Positions 16,273 through 25,400 of a DNA stretch of 32,000 bases are shown here, piece by piece. This DNA comes from Acaryochloris thomasi RCC1774 (lineage in GTDB: Bacteria; Cyanobacteriota; Cyanobacteriia; Thermosynechococcales; Thermosynechococcaceae), in contig NZ_PQWO01000013.1 in NCBI RefSeq assembly GCF_003231495.1, forward strand, positions 60,001 through 92,000, written 5' to 3'. The position numbers and the translations under genes were made by a program. Under the pieces are notes generated by a model. The model ran no database searches and was not told where the DNA came from. It saw only the letters and a program-made list of their open reading frames with translations. How positions within the stretch are numbered: the first letter of the stretch is position 1; each line of letters starts with the position of its first letter.

Positions 16273-18393
16273 CTAATCACGCGATTCTGCGATTGCAGAA
16301 GAACGCTCTAGATCAGGTACACCAGAGTTCACACGCTGCTTACGGTTGGCCATCTGTTGTTGATTAATAACAACCACCAAGAGTACGGTACTGACCCCAA
16401 CACCGATACATAAGTAGGTCAAATGCAGAGGGTTAAGACGGCGCAGCTTTACGGACGAGAGTCTTCCCACAGAGGGACGTTGAGCCAAGCCTTGACGACA
16501 GCGAGCGAACAAATGACGAGCGGAGATCACTAAAGGTAAACCGTAAGCCGTTACCATCCGCTCAGAGAATGGCTTGATAGCCTGGCGCCCATAATCAAAG
16601 GCTCGAACCATCCGTTGCCGTGCAGTTGGCCGACCTTCAGGCTGACTGCTTAAGGATGACGCTCCAATCAACCCAGGGTTCTTAAGGACATCAAGGCGAC
16701 GGATTAACTCTGACTCAACCGGCACAATATCTGCATCGGTTAGGCCAAGCTGCCGCTGAAACTGCTTGAATTGGGCCTGCAGATCAGGTGTCAGAGGGTA
16801 ACCTTTCTGAATGGCTTCAGTAAATGCGATCGCATAATCCTGTCGCTTCTGATAGTACTCTTGGCGAGGCTTTAGAACCTCTGCTTCAATAGTGGTCGCC
16901 TCATCCAGACTTAATTCCAAAATTTTATACAACGTATCAAGCACCACGCGATTTTCAACCGAAATTCGCCCCTGTTGGCTACATTCTTCGACCTGCTTCC
17001 GGTACTTAAATCTAGGTTCATGAGTAGGAGAGACGGCAACCGTAGTTTTAGCCACAGTCTGCACACCCGATATTTGTGGATCGATCGCCGGTGAGACCTG
17101 CCTCAGCCTCTGCTGAGCATAGGTATGCCACTCCCCTAAAGAAATACTGCCATCACAGTTAAGATCCGCCGCGCCAGTCTTGAGACCCTCCACTAAAAAG
17201 AACGTGTAGGCAGACCCCTCTGACGGTGGGGGAACCACTGCCGTTTGAGTCGAAGCTGCCGACATCAGCACCGTGCGTCTTTTGCCCTGAAGCTGAGGGG
17301 CAAACTTCACGGCTCGTTGCGCTGTATCTAGTGGGGGGCGGCCCTCGTCTATACACCAATCTAGAACCAAGGTCTGATGTTCTGACTGGCTATCACCCAT
17401 CACATCATTAATGAAATCAGCCGTAACCACCGTCGACCGGACGACATTATCGTTGGCACCTCGGCGGCTGAGGCAAGTGGTTAACCCAATCTTTTCGTGA
17501 GGCTCTAACACACTGACGTAGCCCGAGAAATAAAGGAGGACCAAATCCTCTGGCTGCCGATCTAAAAAGAGGGCCTCAATGGCTTCCGCCATCGCCTGTG
17601 GGTCAGGGTCAACAAGGGTCTTAACGTCATCAAACCCTCCTTGCTCCTGATGCTCCAGCACCCCACGCATGGCTTCCACATTCTCAAGCGTTCCGGGCAG
17701 TGCCTGCAACCCTTCACCATACTCACTCACCCCAATCAGTAGAGCAGCCTTGTGCATTGTCTGGCGCGGCATGGGATCGTGCAGGGCCATCGGGATGGCC
17801 GGAAGCGGTGACAATAGCTCCGCCTCTTCGACCGTCAACGGCTCAGAGACCTCAAGCTGTGCGGCAACCGCTCCAGCCTGTGGCTCCAGTGGAAGACAGA
17901 AGTCTAAACACTGTTGTTTGTCTAGCTGCAGACGGCAGCGTCCTCGGGTAGCAGATGGCACCACCACTCCCGACCGAGTCGGCACATAGTCACAGGGGTC
18001 AGGAATAGTTACAGCATCCAAAGCAGACGGGATTTGCTGTCGATCAATAATCGTGAGGGGCCCCCGCTCTAGACAGTCAAAAATAAGATTTAAGTGCCAG
18101 TCTTCAAGTTCTTGAACTAGGTAATAGCAAAGGAAGTAGGGCACACCATCTCGCCCTATCTCATCTAGCCCATCATTATAGAGCCAGCCAAATAAACATT
18201 CCTGCAAAGAGAGCTGATGAAGATAAGCAGCACGATAGCCCACAGAGGGGGGAGTGTAAGCATTCCAATGTTGATGAACAACGGCCTCGACAAAGCTTTG
18301 CTGAACATGGGCTGGAATTTGCGGACCTGCTAACCCTTTAAATCCCGTCTCCAAAAAGCTGGTGTAGACAAGCTGTTCAACCTGTAATGCCAT
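16273..18393 (-). CDS. Caspase-fold (peptidase C14, orthocaspase-like) protein with catalytic His replaced by Tyr; unassigned N-terminal domain, helical repeat region, C-terminal TM anchor (706 aa)
   Basis: The p20-like pattern reads KAALLIGVSEYGEGLQALPGTLENVEAMRGVL...LVLLYFSGY(292)VSV...TLVLDWC(347)IDEG...AYTFFLVEGLKTGAADLNCDGSISLGEW. Tyr292 is encoded by TAC (complement of 17518-20) and Cys347 by TGT (complement of 17353-55); both were checked on the DNA. The hydrophobic segment is at aa 657-677. Confidence 0.8.
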   Translation of the reverse strand: MALQVEQLVYTSFLETGFKGLAGPQIPAHVQQSFVEAVVHQHWNAYTPPSVGYRAAYLHQLSLQECLFGWLYNDGLDEIGRDGVPYFLCYYLVQELEDWHLNLIFDCLERGPLTIIDRQQIPSALDAVTIPDPCDYVPTRSGVVVPSATRGRCRLQLDKQQCLDFCLPLEPQAGAVAAQLEVSEPLTVEEAELLSPLPAIPMALHDPMPRQTMHKAALLIGVSEYGEGLQALPGTLENVEAMRGVLEHQEQGGFDDVKTLVDPDPQAMAEAIEALFLDRQPEDLVLLYFSGYVSVLEPHEKIGLTTCLSRRGANDNVVRSTVVTADFINDVMGDSQSEHQTLVLDWCIDEGRPPLDTAQRAVKFAPQLQGKRRTVLMSAASTQTAVVPPPSEGSAYTFFLVEGLKTGAADLNCDGSISLGEWHTYAQQRLRQVSPAIDPQISGVQTVAKTTVAVSPTHEPRFKYRKQVEECSQQGRISVENRVVLDTLYKILELSLDEATTIEAEVLKPRQEYYQKRQDYAIAFTEAIQKGYPLTPDLQAQFKQFQRQLGLTDADIVPVESELIRRLDVLKNPGLIGASSLSSQPEGRPTARQRMVRAFDYGRQAIKPFSERMVTAYGLPLVISARHLFARCRQGLAQRPSVGRLSSVKLRRLNPLHLTYLCIGVGVSTVLLVVVINQQQMANRKQRVNSGVPDLERSSAIAESRD

Positions 18394-18449
18394 CGCAATC
18401 TCTCAGCAATAGAACTCTAAGTATGCTAACGGAACAGTCGTAAGCTTGC

Positions 18450-18815
18450 CTAGGCAATTCGGACAATTCGGACTCGGTGTTCTGGCATCTGCTGGGGGCG
18501 GTTCGGGGCTGCACATGTTCCTTCATCGTCAAGGAGAGTCATCATGGGTTTGCTCCGTTGGTGAACCAAACCACAGGTCACAAAATGTCTAGACTGGAGC
18601 TGAGCAAGCTGCTCAATGGGGTGGACGTCGCTCCGCTGCTGAAAAGCAATACGCAAATTCTGGGTCGCAACCTGCTGCTTGAATGCGTTTCCCTGACCAG
18701 AGAATAGGCTGAAGCCCAGTGCAAAAAATAAAGCGCTAGTACCGCTGAGTCTTAGGCAAGAGGCAGCTCTTGAGCTTAAACGTCTGGTGAGGTGCTGTCC
18801 TTGAGAGGAAGTCAT
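18450..18815 (-). CDS. Hypothetical small protein (121 aa) with signal-peptide-like N-terminus (RR-containing)
   Basis: The ATG at 18815 is preceded by GGAGAA 7 nt upstream. The N-terminus reads MTSSQGQHLTRRLSSRAASCLRLSGTSALFFALGFSLFSG. It ends 56 nt before the start of the pseudo-orthocaspase gene. A competing plus-strand ORF (18477..18707) lowers confidence. Confidence 0.4.
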   Translation of the reverse strand: MTSSQGQHLTRRLSSRAASCLRLSGTSALFFALGFSLFSGQGNAFKQQVATQNLRIAFQQRSDVHPIEQLAQLQSRHFVTCGLVHQRSKPMMTLLDDEGTCAAPNRPQQMPEHRVRIVRIA

Positions 18816-19035
18816 AGTAATTCTCCAGGGGGCGCGGCATAGGCAACGCACGGACTTTAGAACAAATGCCTTGCCCACAACGCAAGGCTCTAAACGCCAC
18901 TAACTAAGATGCGGAGAATAGTGGGTTTGTTTAGCCTATCAAGGCCAAAGTTAACGACAGCTAATAGCTGCATAGACCGATAGTCATAGCCTAGAGGTCT
19001 ATCCGTTACCTGTCAGTCCCATACCTGCGCTAAGC

Positions 19036-19096
19036 AAGTAGAAATCTTTGTGATTGTCTTTTCAAGGAAGTAGAAAAAGATAGAACTAAGTAGAAA
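19036..19096. repeat. Three exact direct copies of AAGTAGAAA (19036-44, 19068-76, 19088-96) in a divergent intergenic region
   Basis: Read directly from the sequence. Start-to-start spacing is 32 and 20 nt. A partial copy TAGAAC lies at 19081-86. Confidence 0.5.
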
Positions 19097-19313
19097 CCAA
19101 ACTCCAGAAGCATCGACAGACAGCCCTCGCACTGTCCTTGAAGCCCTTGTCGGGGCTGGCTTCGGGCGCATCTAGAGTCGCAGTGAGCATCTACGCTGGA
19201 TCACAGGTAGAGTGACGCCAAAATCACCGCATTGTGCCCACGATTATCACTGCTGCTCCTGGCCTGATTGAGGATGATAAGCACATCAACCACATGGAGA
19301 TTTGGAGTCAATC

Positions 19314-19688
19314 ATGAAACATCTTATTCACGCCCTTGCTTTAGGAACGCTACTGACGACGGCCGCGGGCCTACCGGCCCACGCACAATCTATCCCACAA
19401 AACCCTGGGCAGTGCCCACCCGGATGGGTGCCTGCGGTTCATCCTGTAAACCCTCAGCTGGGCTGCTTGCCAGGACAAATTCAGGCTAAGCCTAGTTCTG
19501 AACCCACTCAACAAATTCTGAAGCGTCAAAAAACTTCAGTTTTTCAGCCGACCCTTACCCAGAAGCGCCCGCAGCAGCAGCCACCGCAGGGCTGTGCTCC
19601 CGGTTGGAAGCAGGCAACCCACCCGCTCAATCCACAGCTAGGCTGTTTGCCCACGCAGCTACAGGCAACACCCAGTCGCCCTTGGTAG
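19314..19688 (+). CDS. Secreted protein (124 aa) with two copies of a C-x2-GW-x4-HP-x-NPQLGCLP Cys-loop module
   Basis: The signal peptide reads MKHLIHALALGTLLTTAAGLPAHA|Q. Repeat 1 spans aa 34-61 and repeat 2 aa 94-121, with 20/28 residues identical. They are separated by a basic, Gln-rich linker. Confidence 0.65.
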   Translation: MKHLIHALALGTLLTTAAGLPAHAQSIPQNPGQCPPGWVPAVHPVNPQLGCLPGQIQAKPSSEPTQQILKRQKTSVFQPTLTQKRPQQQPPQGCAPGWKQATHPLNPQLGCLPTQLQATPSRPW

Positions 19689-19715
19689 CGAGGCATTATC
19701 CACAAGCTAGATGCC

Positions 19716-19758
19716 AAAAACACATCCCGATCGAGCAATGGTACGACCGGGATGTGTT
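19716..19758 (-). terminator. Rho-independent terminator candidate downstream of pnp (between convergent genes)
   Basis: An 11-bp perfect stem AACACATCCCG (19719-29) / CGGGATGTGTT (19748-58) has an 18-nt loop. On the minus strand it runs into TTTTTGG (complement of 19714-20). Confidence 0.5.
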
Positions 19759-19802
19759 GGACCTTATTTGATCTTCAGAGGCGGGCTATCTTCAGCCTAT
19801 CT

Positions 19803-21947
19803 CTAAGAGCTTGCAGCCCTAGCTGCTGCTGCTTCGTCAGGATGAATACCCAGCCGCGTCAGATTAATGCGACCGCGATTATCCACTTCCCGAATCTTAA
19901 CGACCACTTCGTCGCCCATGGAGACTTCATCTTCGACTTTACCTACCCGATAATCGGCAAGCTGTGAGATATGAATCATGCCTTCCTTGCCAGGGACAAG
20001 GGACACAAAAGCACCGATGGGAATGATGCGAGTGACTTTGCCCAAGAACACGTCACCGGCAGCCAGCTTCCGGGTCATGCCAGCAATGATTTGGCGCGCC
20101 TTCTCGGCACCGTCTTCGGCAATGGCAGAGATGGTGACGCGACCGTCATCTTCAATGTCGATTTTGGCCCCAGTCTGCTCGGTAATCCCTTTGATGGTTT
20201 TACCGCCCGGCCCAATGATCATGCCGATCTGGTCAGGATCAATCTTGATCGTCAGCATCCGAGGGGCGAATGGGGAGGTGTTATCGCGAGGCTTGTCGAT
20301 CACCTCTAGCATTTTCTCCAGGATGTGAAGACGGGCCGGTTTAGCCTGATGAATGGCCTTAGAAATGACCTCCATCGGTAGGCCGGTGATCTTCATGTCC
20401 ATTTGAAGCGCCGTAATCCCGTGATCGGTCCCAGCAACTTTGAAGTCCATGTCGCCCAAGAAGTCTTCAAGACCTTGAATATCTGTCAAGACTCGGACTT
20501 CGTCCCCTTCCTTGATTAGGCCCATTGCGGCTCCGCTGACGGGCTTAGCTAGCGGTACTCCAGCATCCATGAGCGATAGGGTCGATCCACAAACTGAACC
20601 CATTGAGGTGGAGCCGTTGGAGGACAGCACTTCTGAAACCACGCGCAATACGTAGGGGAATGACTCTTGATCTGGCAGTACGGGAAGTAAAGCGCGTTCG
20701 GCTAGGGCACCGTGACCAATTTCCCGACGACCGGGGGAGCGCATGGGCCGCGTCTCACCCACAGAGTAAGGAGGAAAATTGTAGTGGTGCATGTAGCGCT
20801 TGTCCTCGTCTGGATGGAGATCGTCCATCTTCTGAGCGTCGCCGGGGCTGCCGAGAGTGACCACTGACATCACCTGAGTGAGGCCTCTGTTAAACAGTCC
20901 GCTGCCATGGACGCGCTGGGGCAACACACCGACTTTGCAGGAAATCGGACGCACTTCGTCGAGCTTACGACCATCGACGCGCACGTTGTCATTGATCACC
21001 TGGTTCCGCATCAGTTCTTTGGTGATGCTCTTGAAGACTTTGCCCACTGATTTGGGGTTTGCTGCGGCGGCAACCTGAACGGGATCGTCCTCGGGCTTGT
21101 CTGCGATCGCAACTTTAACCGCGTCCTTGACTTCATCTAAAGACGCATCTCGAACGTTCTTATCTTTATCAAACCGCGCTAGAACCTTCTTGATCGGTTC
21201 AGAGGACTGCTCCCGAATAAAATTCTCCAGCGTGGAGTCAGTCTCTGGGGGATTTTCTTCCACCAGTTCAATGCCCAACTCAGCCATCAGTTCCTGCTGG
21301 GCCTTGATTAGATCGCCCACGGCCTCATAGCCAAAATCAATGGCTTCAATGATGTCTTCTTCAGGGACTTCACTGGCACCAGCTTCGATCATGATCACGC
21401 CATCGGGTGAACCCGCGACCACAAGATCTAGATCGCCTTCTGCAATCTCGGCATAGGTGGGATTGATAACAAAGTCATCCCCGAGCAAGCCGACACGAAC
21501 CGCACCGAGGGGGCCTTTAAATGGAATTTTTGCCAACAGCGTGGCCACAGAGGCACCTGTAATCGCCAGCATATCCGGCGGCACCTGCTCATCCATGGAA
21601 AGCGTGGAGGCCACAATCTGGATATCGTCTCGTAACCAGTTAGGAAACAGAGGACGCATAGGGCGGTCAATCAGGCGGCAGGTGAGCGTTGCTTTCTCGG
21701 GGGGGCGTCCTTCTCGGCGTAGAAAACCACCGGGAATACGACCGGCGGCATAGAGACGCTCTTCATAATCAATCAGCAGGGGTAAAAAGTCGATACCTTC
21801 TCGACCGCTGGAGCGCGTGGCGGTGACCAGAACCGATGTATCCCCTGATTCTACTAAGACTGCCCCACCGGCCTGTGGCGCGAAACGGCCTATCGTGAGT
21901 CGAATATCCCGTCCGTCTACGGATATTGACTTAACAATTTCTGACAT
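19803..21947 (-). CDS. pnp: Polyribonucleotide nucleotidyltransferase (PNPase)
   Basis: A 714-aa ORF has two RNase PH-like halves ([11 protein letters not shown]..., RxDGR at [13 protein letters not shown]), a KH segment ([15 protein letters not shown]) and an S1 domain ([18 protein letters not shown]). Confidence 0.97.
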   Translation of the reverse strand: MSEIVKSISVDGRDIRLTIGRFAPQAGGAVLVESGDTSVLVTATRSSGREGIDFLPLLIDYEERLYAAGRIPGGFLRREGRPPEKATLTCRLIDRPMRPLFPNWLRDDIQIVASTLSMDEQVPPDMLAITGASVATLLAKIPFKGPLGAVRVGLLGDDFVINPTYAEIAEGDLDLVVAGSPDGVIMIEAGASEVPEEDIIEAIDFGYEAVGDLIKAQQELMAELGIELVEENPPETDSTLENFIREQSSEPIKKVLARFDKDKNVRDASLDEVKDAVKVAIADKPEDDPVQVAAAANPKSVGKVFKSITKELMRNQVINDNVRVDGRKLDEVRPISCKVGVLPQRVHGSGLFNRGLTQVMSVVTLGSPGDAQKMDDLHPDEDKRYMHHYNFPPYSVGETRPMRSPGRREIGHGALAERALLPVLPDQESFPYVLRVVSEVLSSNGSTSMGSVCGSTLSLMDAGVPLAKPVSGAAMGLIKEGDEVRVLTDIQGLEDFLGDMDFKVAGTDHGITALQMDMKITGLPMEVISKAIHQAKPARLHILEKMLEVIDKPRDNTSPFAPRMLTIKIDPDQIGMIIGPGGKTIKGITEQTGAKIDIEDDGRVTISAIAEDGAEKARQIIAGMTRKLAAGDVFLGKVTRIIPIGAFVSLVPGKEGMIHISQLADYRVGKVEDEVSMGDEVVVKIREVDNRGRINLTRLGIHPDEAAAARAASS

Positions 21948-22413
21948 TCAGTTTTCTGTCCTTCTCGGTGTACTTTTTCACTTCTTTTTTGTACTTAGGC
22001 GATCCTAGCACTGATACTGTCTGACTGGGTTTCAATCCTTAACTGTAGCGTCACAGATAGCAATGAAGTTAGGACACTGGCGTTTAGACATTGATGCCTG
22101 TCAGTGCAGAATATTGACGTCTATAAAAGCAGAGTTTGGTTGGGTTGGCCGAGCGCGTTGGCCATCTTCGTCATTTATGTCGCTAGTTTTTGCTGATTGC
22201 GAAATACTTTTGAACCGTGAGACCGTTCACTGACTAAACAGAGACAAGCGTAGATTGTTGAGAGTCCACCCTGTAGCATGGGAACAGGAACAACCTCGTC
22301 CTAAGAGATTTCTTAGCGCGGGTGTTGCTGGGCAACTGGTGATCTTGGCTCTAAGCTGATGGTCAACAAGTTGTTCGAATCGTGTTTTTATCCGATCTAG
22401 CACTGAGTTAAAC

Positions 22414-25400
22414 ATGGCAATTTTGCATGGCAATTGGCTTCCTGCTGCGCAGCAGGGGTACGACTCGGTTGCTGAGACCGGATCGCTTTTTTTATGGGGC
22501 GAAACCTGGCGTAGGGCAACGCCTATAGAGAAACCGTCGCAGGTGACACCCCATGCCCTAGCAATGACGGCGGTGGAATTGGCTGCCCATCTGGTTGAAC
22601 AGTTAGAGGAATGGAAACTAGCGCAGGCGGTGAAAGATGCGATCGCAAATCCTCCGAAGAAACCCCGCAAAACCAAAAAGCCTGGGCCGGTTTACTGGGG
22701 CAATCAGACCGTATCTCTACTAGCACAGTGGGAGGAAAACAATCCCACCGTCTGCCACTCCACGGTACCGATCACAGAGAGTGTCGATCTAGCCCTACAG
22801 CCGGTCCAAATCACGGGCCTCCATCTCAGCCTGCCCGAGGCGATTGCCTTTCTCAATGCCCTGCCGTTGAATCCCGGGCGCGTCACGGAACAGTCCCTGG
22901 GCGATGACCTGATCTACTGGACCCATACGCTCCGATGGGGACTTGATTTACTGGCACGGGGTAAATTCTTACCCGCCCTTTCTCCGGTTAAAGGGAAAAC
23001 CTATGTCGCTCACTGGCGGCCCCTGTTTGATAGCGCTGCCGACCAAGCAAGGCATCGTCAGTTTGCCGCCCGGATGCCGTCGGCCTGCCGGTTCTATCAG
23101 GAGCCATCGTCGGACGCTCAAATCGATCTGCCACCAGAGCCAGACCAAATTCTGACTCATTTTCTGCAGCAGGTGGTGGGGTATCAGGTGCGCGGCACCA
23201 TTGACCCTGAATTGGAAAAAACCCTAGATAAAGCTGGATTAGATCCGCTTCTGCAGGAGTGGATCAAGTCGCTGGGCCCCGAGGTGACGCCTCTGAATAA
23301 AGGCGGCGATCGTTTAGAGGTTGCTCTTCGGGAATGGACCGCTCCGCTGCAGCAAAGCCTGCAGCAGGATTTCCGTCCCTGCTTTCATTTGCAGACCCCT
23401 AGCTCAGGCCGCAATGACTGGAAACTAGAGTACTGGCTACAGGCCATTGATGACGCCTCGTTCTTAATTAGTGCCGAGGTTGTCTGGAGTACCCCCACCG
23501 AGCAGCTCGACTATCTGGGACGAACTATCGACCGCCCTCAAGAAACGCTCTTAGTTGGGCTGGGTCTCGCCTCGCGGGTTTACCCGATTTTGGAAGAGAG
23601 TCTTGAGAGTGCTCGACCCACTGGAACGTCTTTAACCCCGGCACAGGCCTATGAATTTATTAAGGCTGCGGTTTGGCGGCTAGAAGATAGCGGCTTCGGC
23701 GTCATTTTGCCCCCCAGTCTCGCCAATCGTGAAGGGCTAGCAAACCGCCTCGGACTGCAGGTGAAGGCACAGGCACAAGATCCGAGTCGGGGTGGTCCCA
23801 TTGGTCTGGAAAGTCTGTTGAAGTTTGGCTGGGAGCTGGCGATTGGGGGGCAGACCCTCTCGAAAGCTGAGTTTGATCGGCTGGTGGCTCAGGACTCCCC
23901 CCTAGTAGAGATCAACGGGGAATGGGTGGAGTTGCGATCGCAAGATATCCGAGCTGCCCAAGCCTTCTTTGAATCTCGCCAAGACCAAACCGGCCTCTCG
24001 CTCCAGGATGCCCTCCGCATCAGCACTGGAGACACCCTCACCCTAGATAAGCTACCCGTCGTTAATTTTGAATCATCAGGACCGCTGCAGGCACTGCTCA
24101 ACACCCTGAGCGGCAATCAAACCCTAGAAGCAGCCGAAACTCCTGAGAAATTTAAAGGCGAACTGCGTCCCTACCAGGCCCGAGGCGTCGGCTGGCTAGA
24201 GTTTCTAGAGCAGTGGGGTTTAGGTGCCTGCCTCGCAGACGACATGGGACTGGGGAAAACCATCCAGTTCATTGCCTTCATGCTGGCTCTCAAAGAAAAA
24301 GATCGCCTCAACGGTCCAGCTCTCTTAATTTGCCCCACTTCCGTACTGGGCAACTGGGAACGGGAAGTGAAAAAATTTGGCCCTTCTATAAAGGTGATGG
24401 TTCACCACGGGACCGATCGCGATCAAGGAACTACCTTTGCCCGAACCGTGAAAAAACACGACCTCGTGGTTACCAGCTATCCGCTGGTGTACCGCGATGA
24501 GAAAAGTCTCAAGAAAGTGGACTGGTGGGGCATTGTGCTAGATGAAGCACAAAACATCAAAAACTCCGAAGCCCGACAGTCCAAAGCAGTGCGAGAGCTG
24601 CAGGCCCACTGCCGGATTGCGCTGACCGGGACTCCGGTGGAAAATCGCCTGACGGAACTGTGGTCTATTCTCGACTTTCTTAATCCTGGTTATCTTGGCC
24701 CCAAACCCTTCTTTAAACGTCGGTTTGCCACCCCAATTGAAAAGTACGGTGACACGGCTTCGCTCCAAACGTTGCGTTCCCTAGTGCAGCCCTTTATTTT
24801 GCGGCGGACCAAGAGCGATCGCGACATCATTCAAGACCTGCCAGACAAGCAGGAAATGATCGTCTTCTGCAGTCTCTCTCCTGGACAAGCGGACCTTTAT
24901 GAAAAAGTCGTTCAGGATTCTTTAGATGCAGTGGAAGCTGCCGAAGGCATTCAGCGGCACGGCCTCATTTTGAGTACGTTGGTAAAGCTGAAGCAGATCT
25001 GCAACCATCCGGCCCAGTTTTTGAAGGACGACAGCCTTGAAGACCATCGCTCTGGCAAACTCCATCGGTTAGACGAGATGCTAGAAGAGGTATTAGATGA
25101 AGGCGATCGCGCCCTGATCTTCACGCAGTTTGCCGAGTGGGGTAAACTCCTGCAGCAGCACCTACAGCGCAAAACCGGGAAAGAGACATTACTGCTGTAT
25201 GGCGGCACCAGCAAGAAAAAACGAGAGGAAATGATTGACCGTTTCCAGCATGATCCACAGGGGCCACGGCTATTTATTCTGTCCCTCAAAGCAGGAGGCG
25301 TCGGTCTCAATCTGACGCGGGCCAACCACGTTTTTCACTTTGATCGCTGGTGGAATCCTGCCGTGGAAAATCAGGCGACCGACCGCGTTTTTCGGATCGG

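Noticed and set aside
16050-16280. 76-aa minus-strand ORF starting with GTG inside the stop region of the pseudo-orthocaspase gene
   Set aside because: It has no SD sequence and an odd composition, and it would occupy almost the entire spacer. Without conservation data I treat it as non-coding spacer.
22366-22390. GTTCGAATC string resembling a tRNA T-loop
   Set aside because: The flanking 5-nt arms (agttg / cgtgt) do not pair, and no acceptor, D or anticodon stems can be drawn. It is not a tRNA.
22227-22676. 149-aa minus-strand ORF overlapping the first 263 nt of the SNF2 gene
   Set aside because: It has a Cys/Ser/Ala-rich low-complexity translation, no RBS and no recognisable motif. It lies antisense to a confidently called gene, so it is most likely a shadow ORF.
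24973-24986. Second LexA-box-like string AGTACGTTGGTAAA
   Set aside because: It misses the final C of the GTWC half-site and lies deep inside the SNF2 coding sequence. It is most likely a chance near-match.
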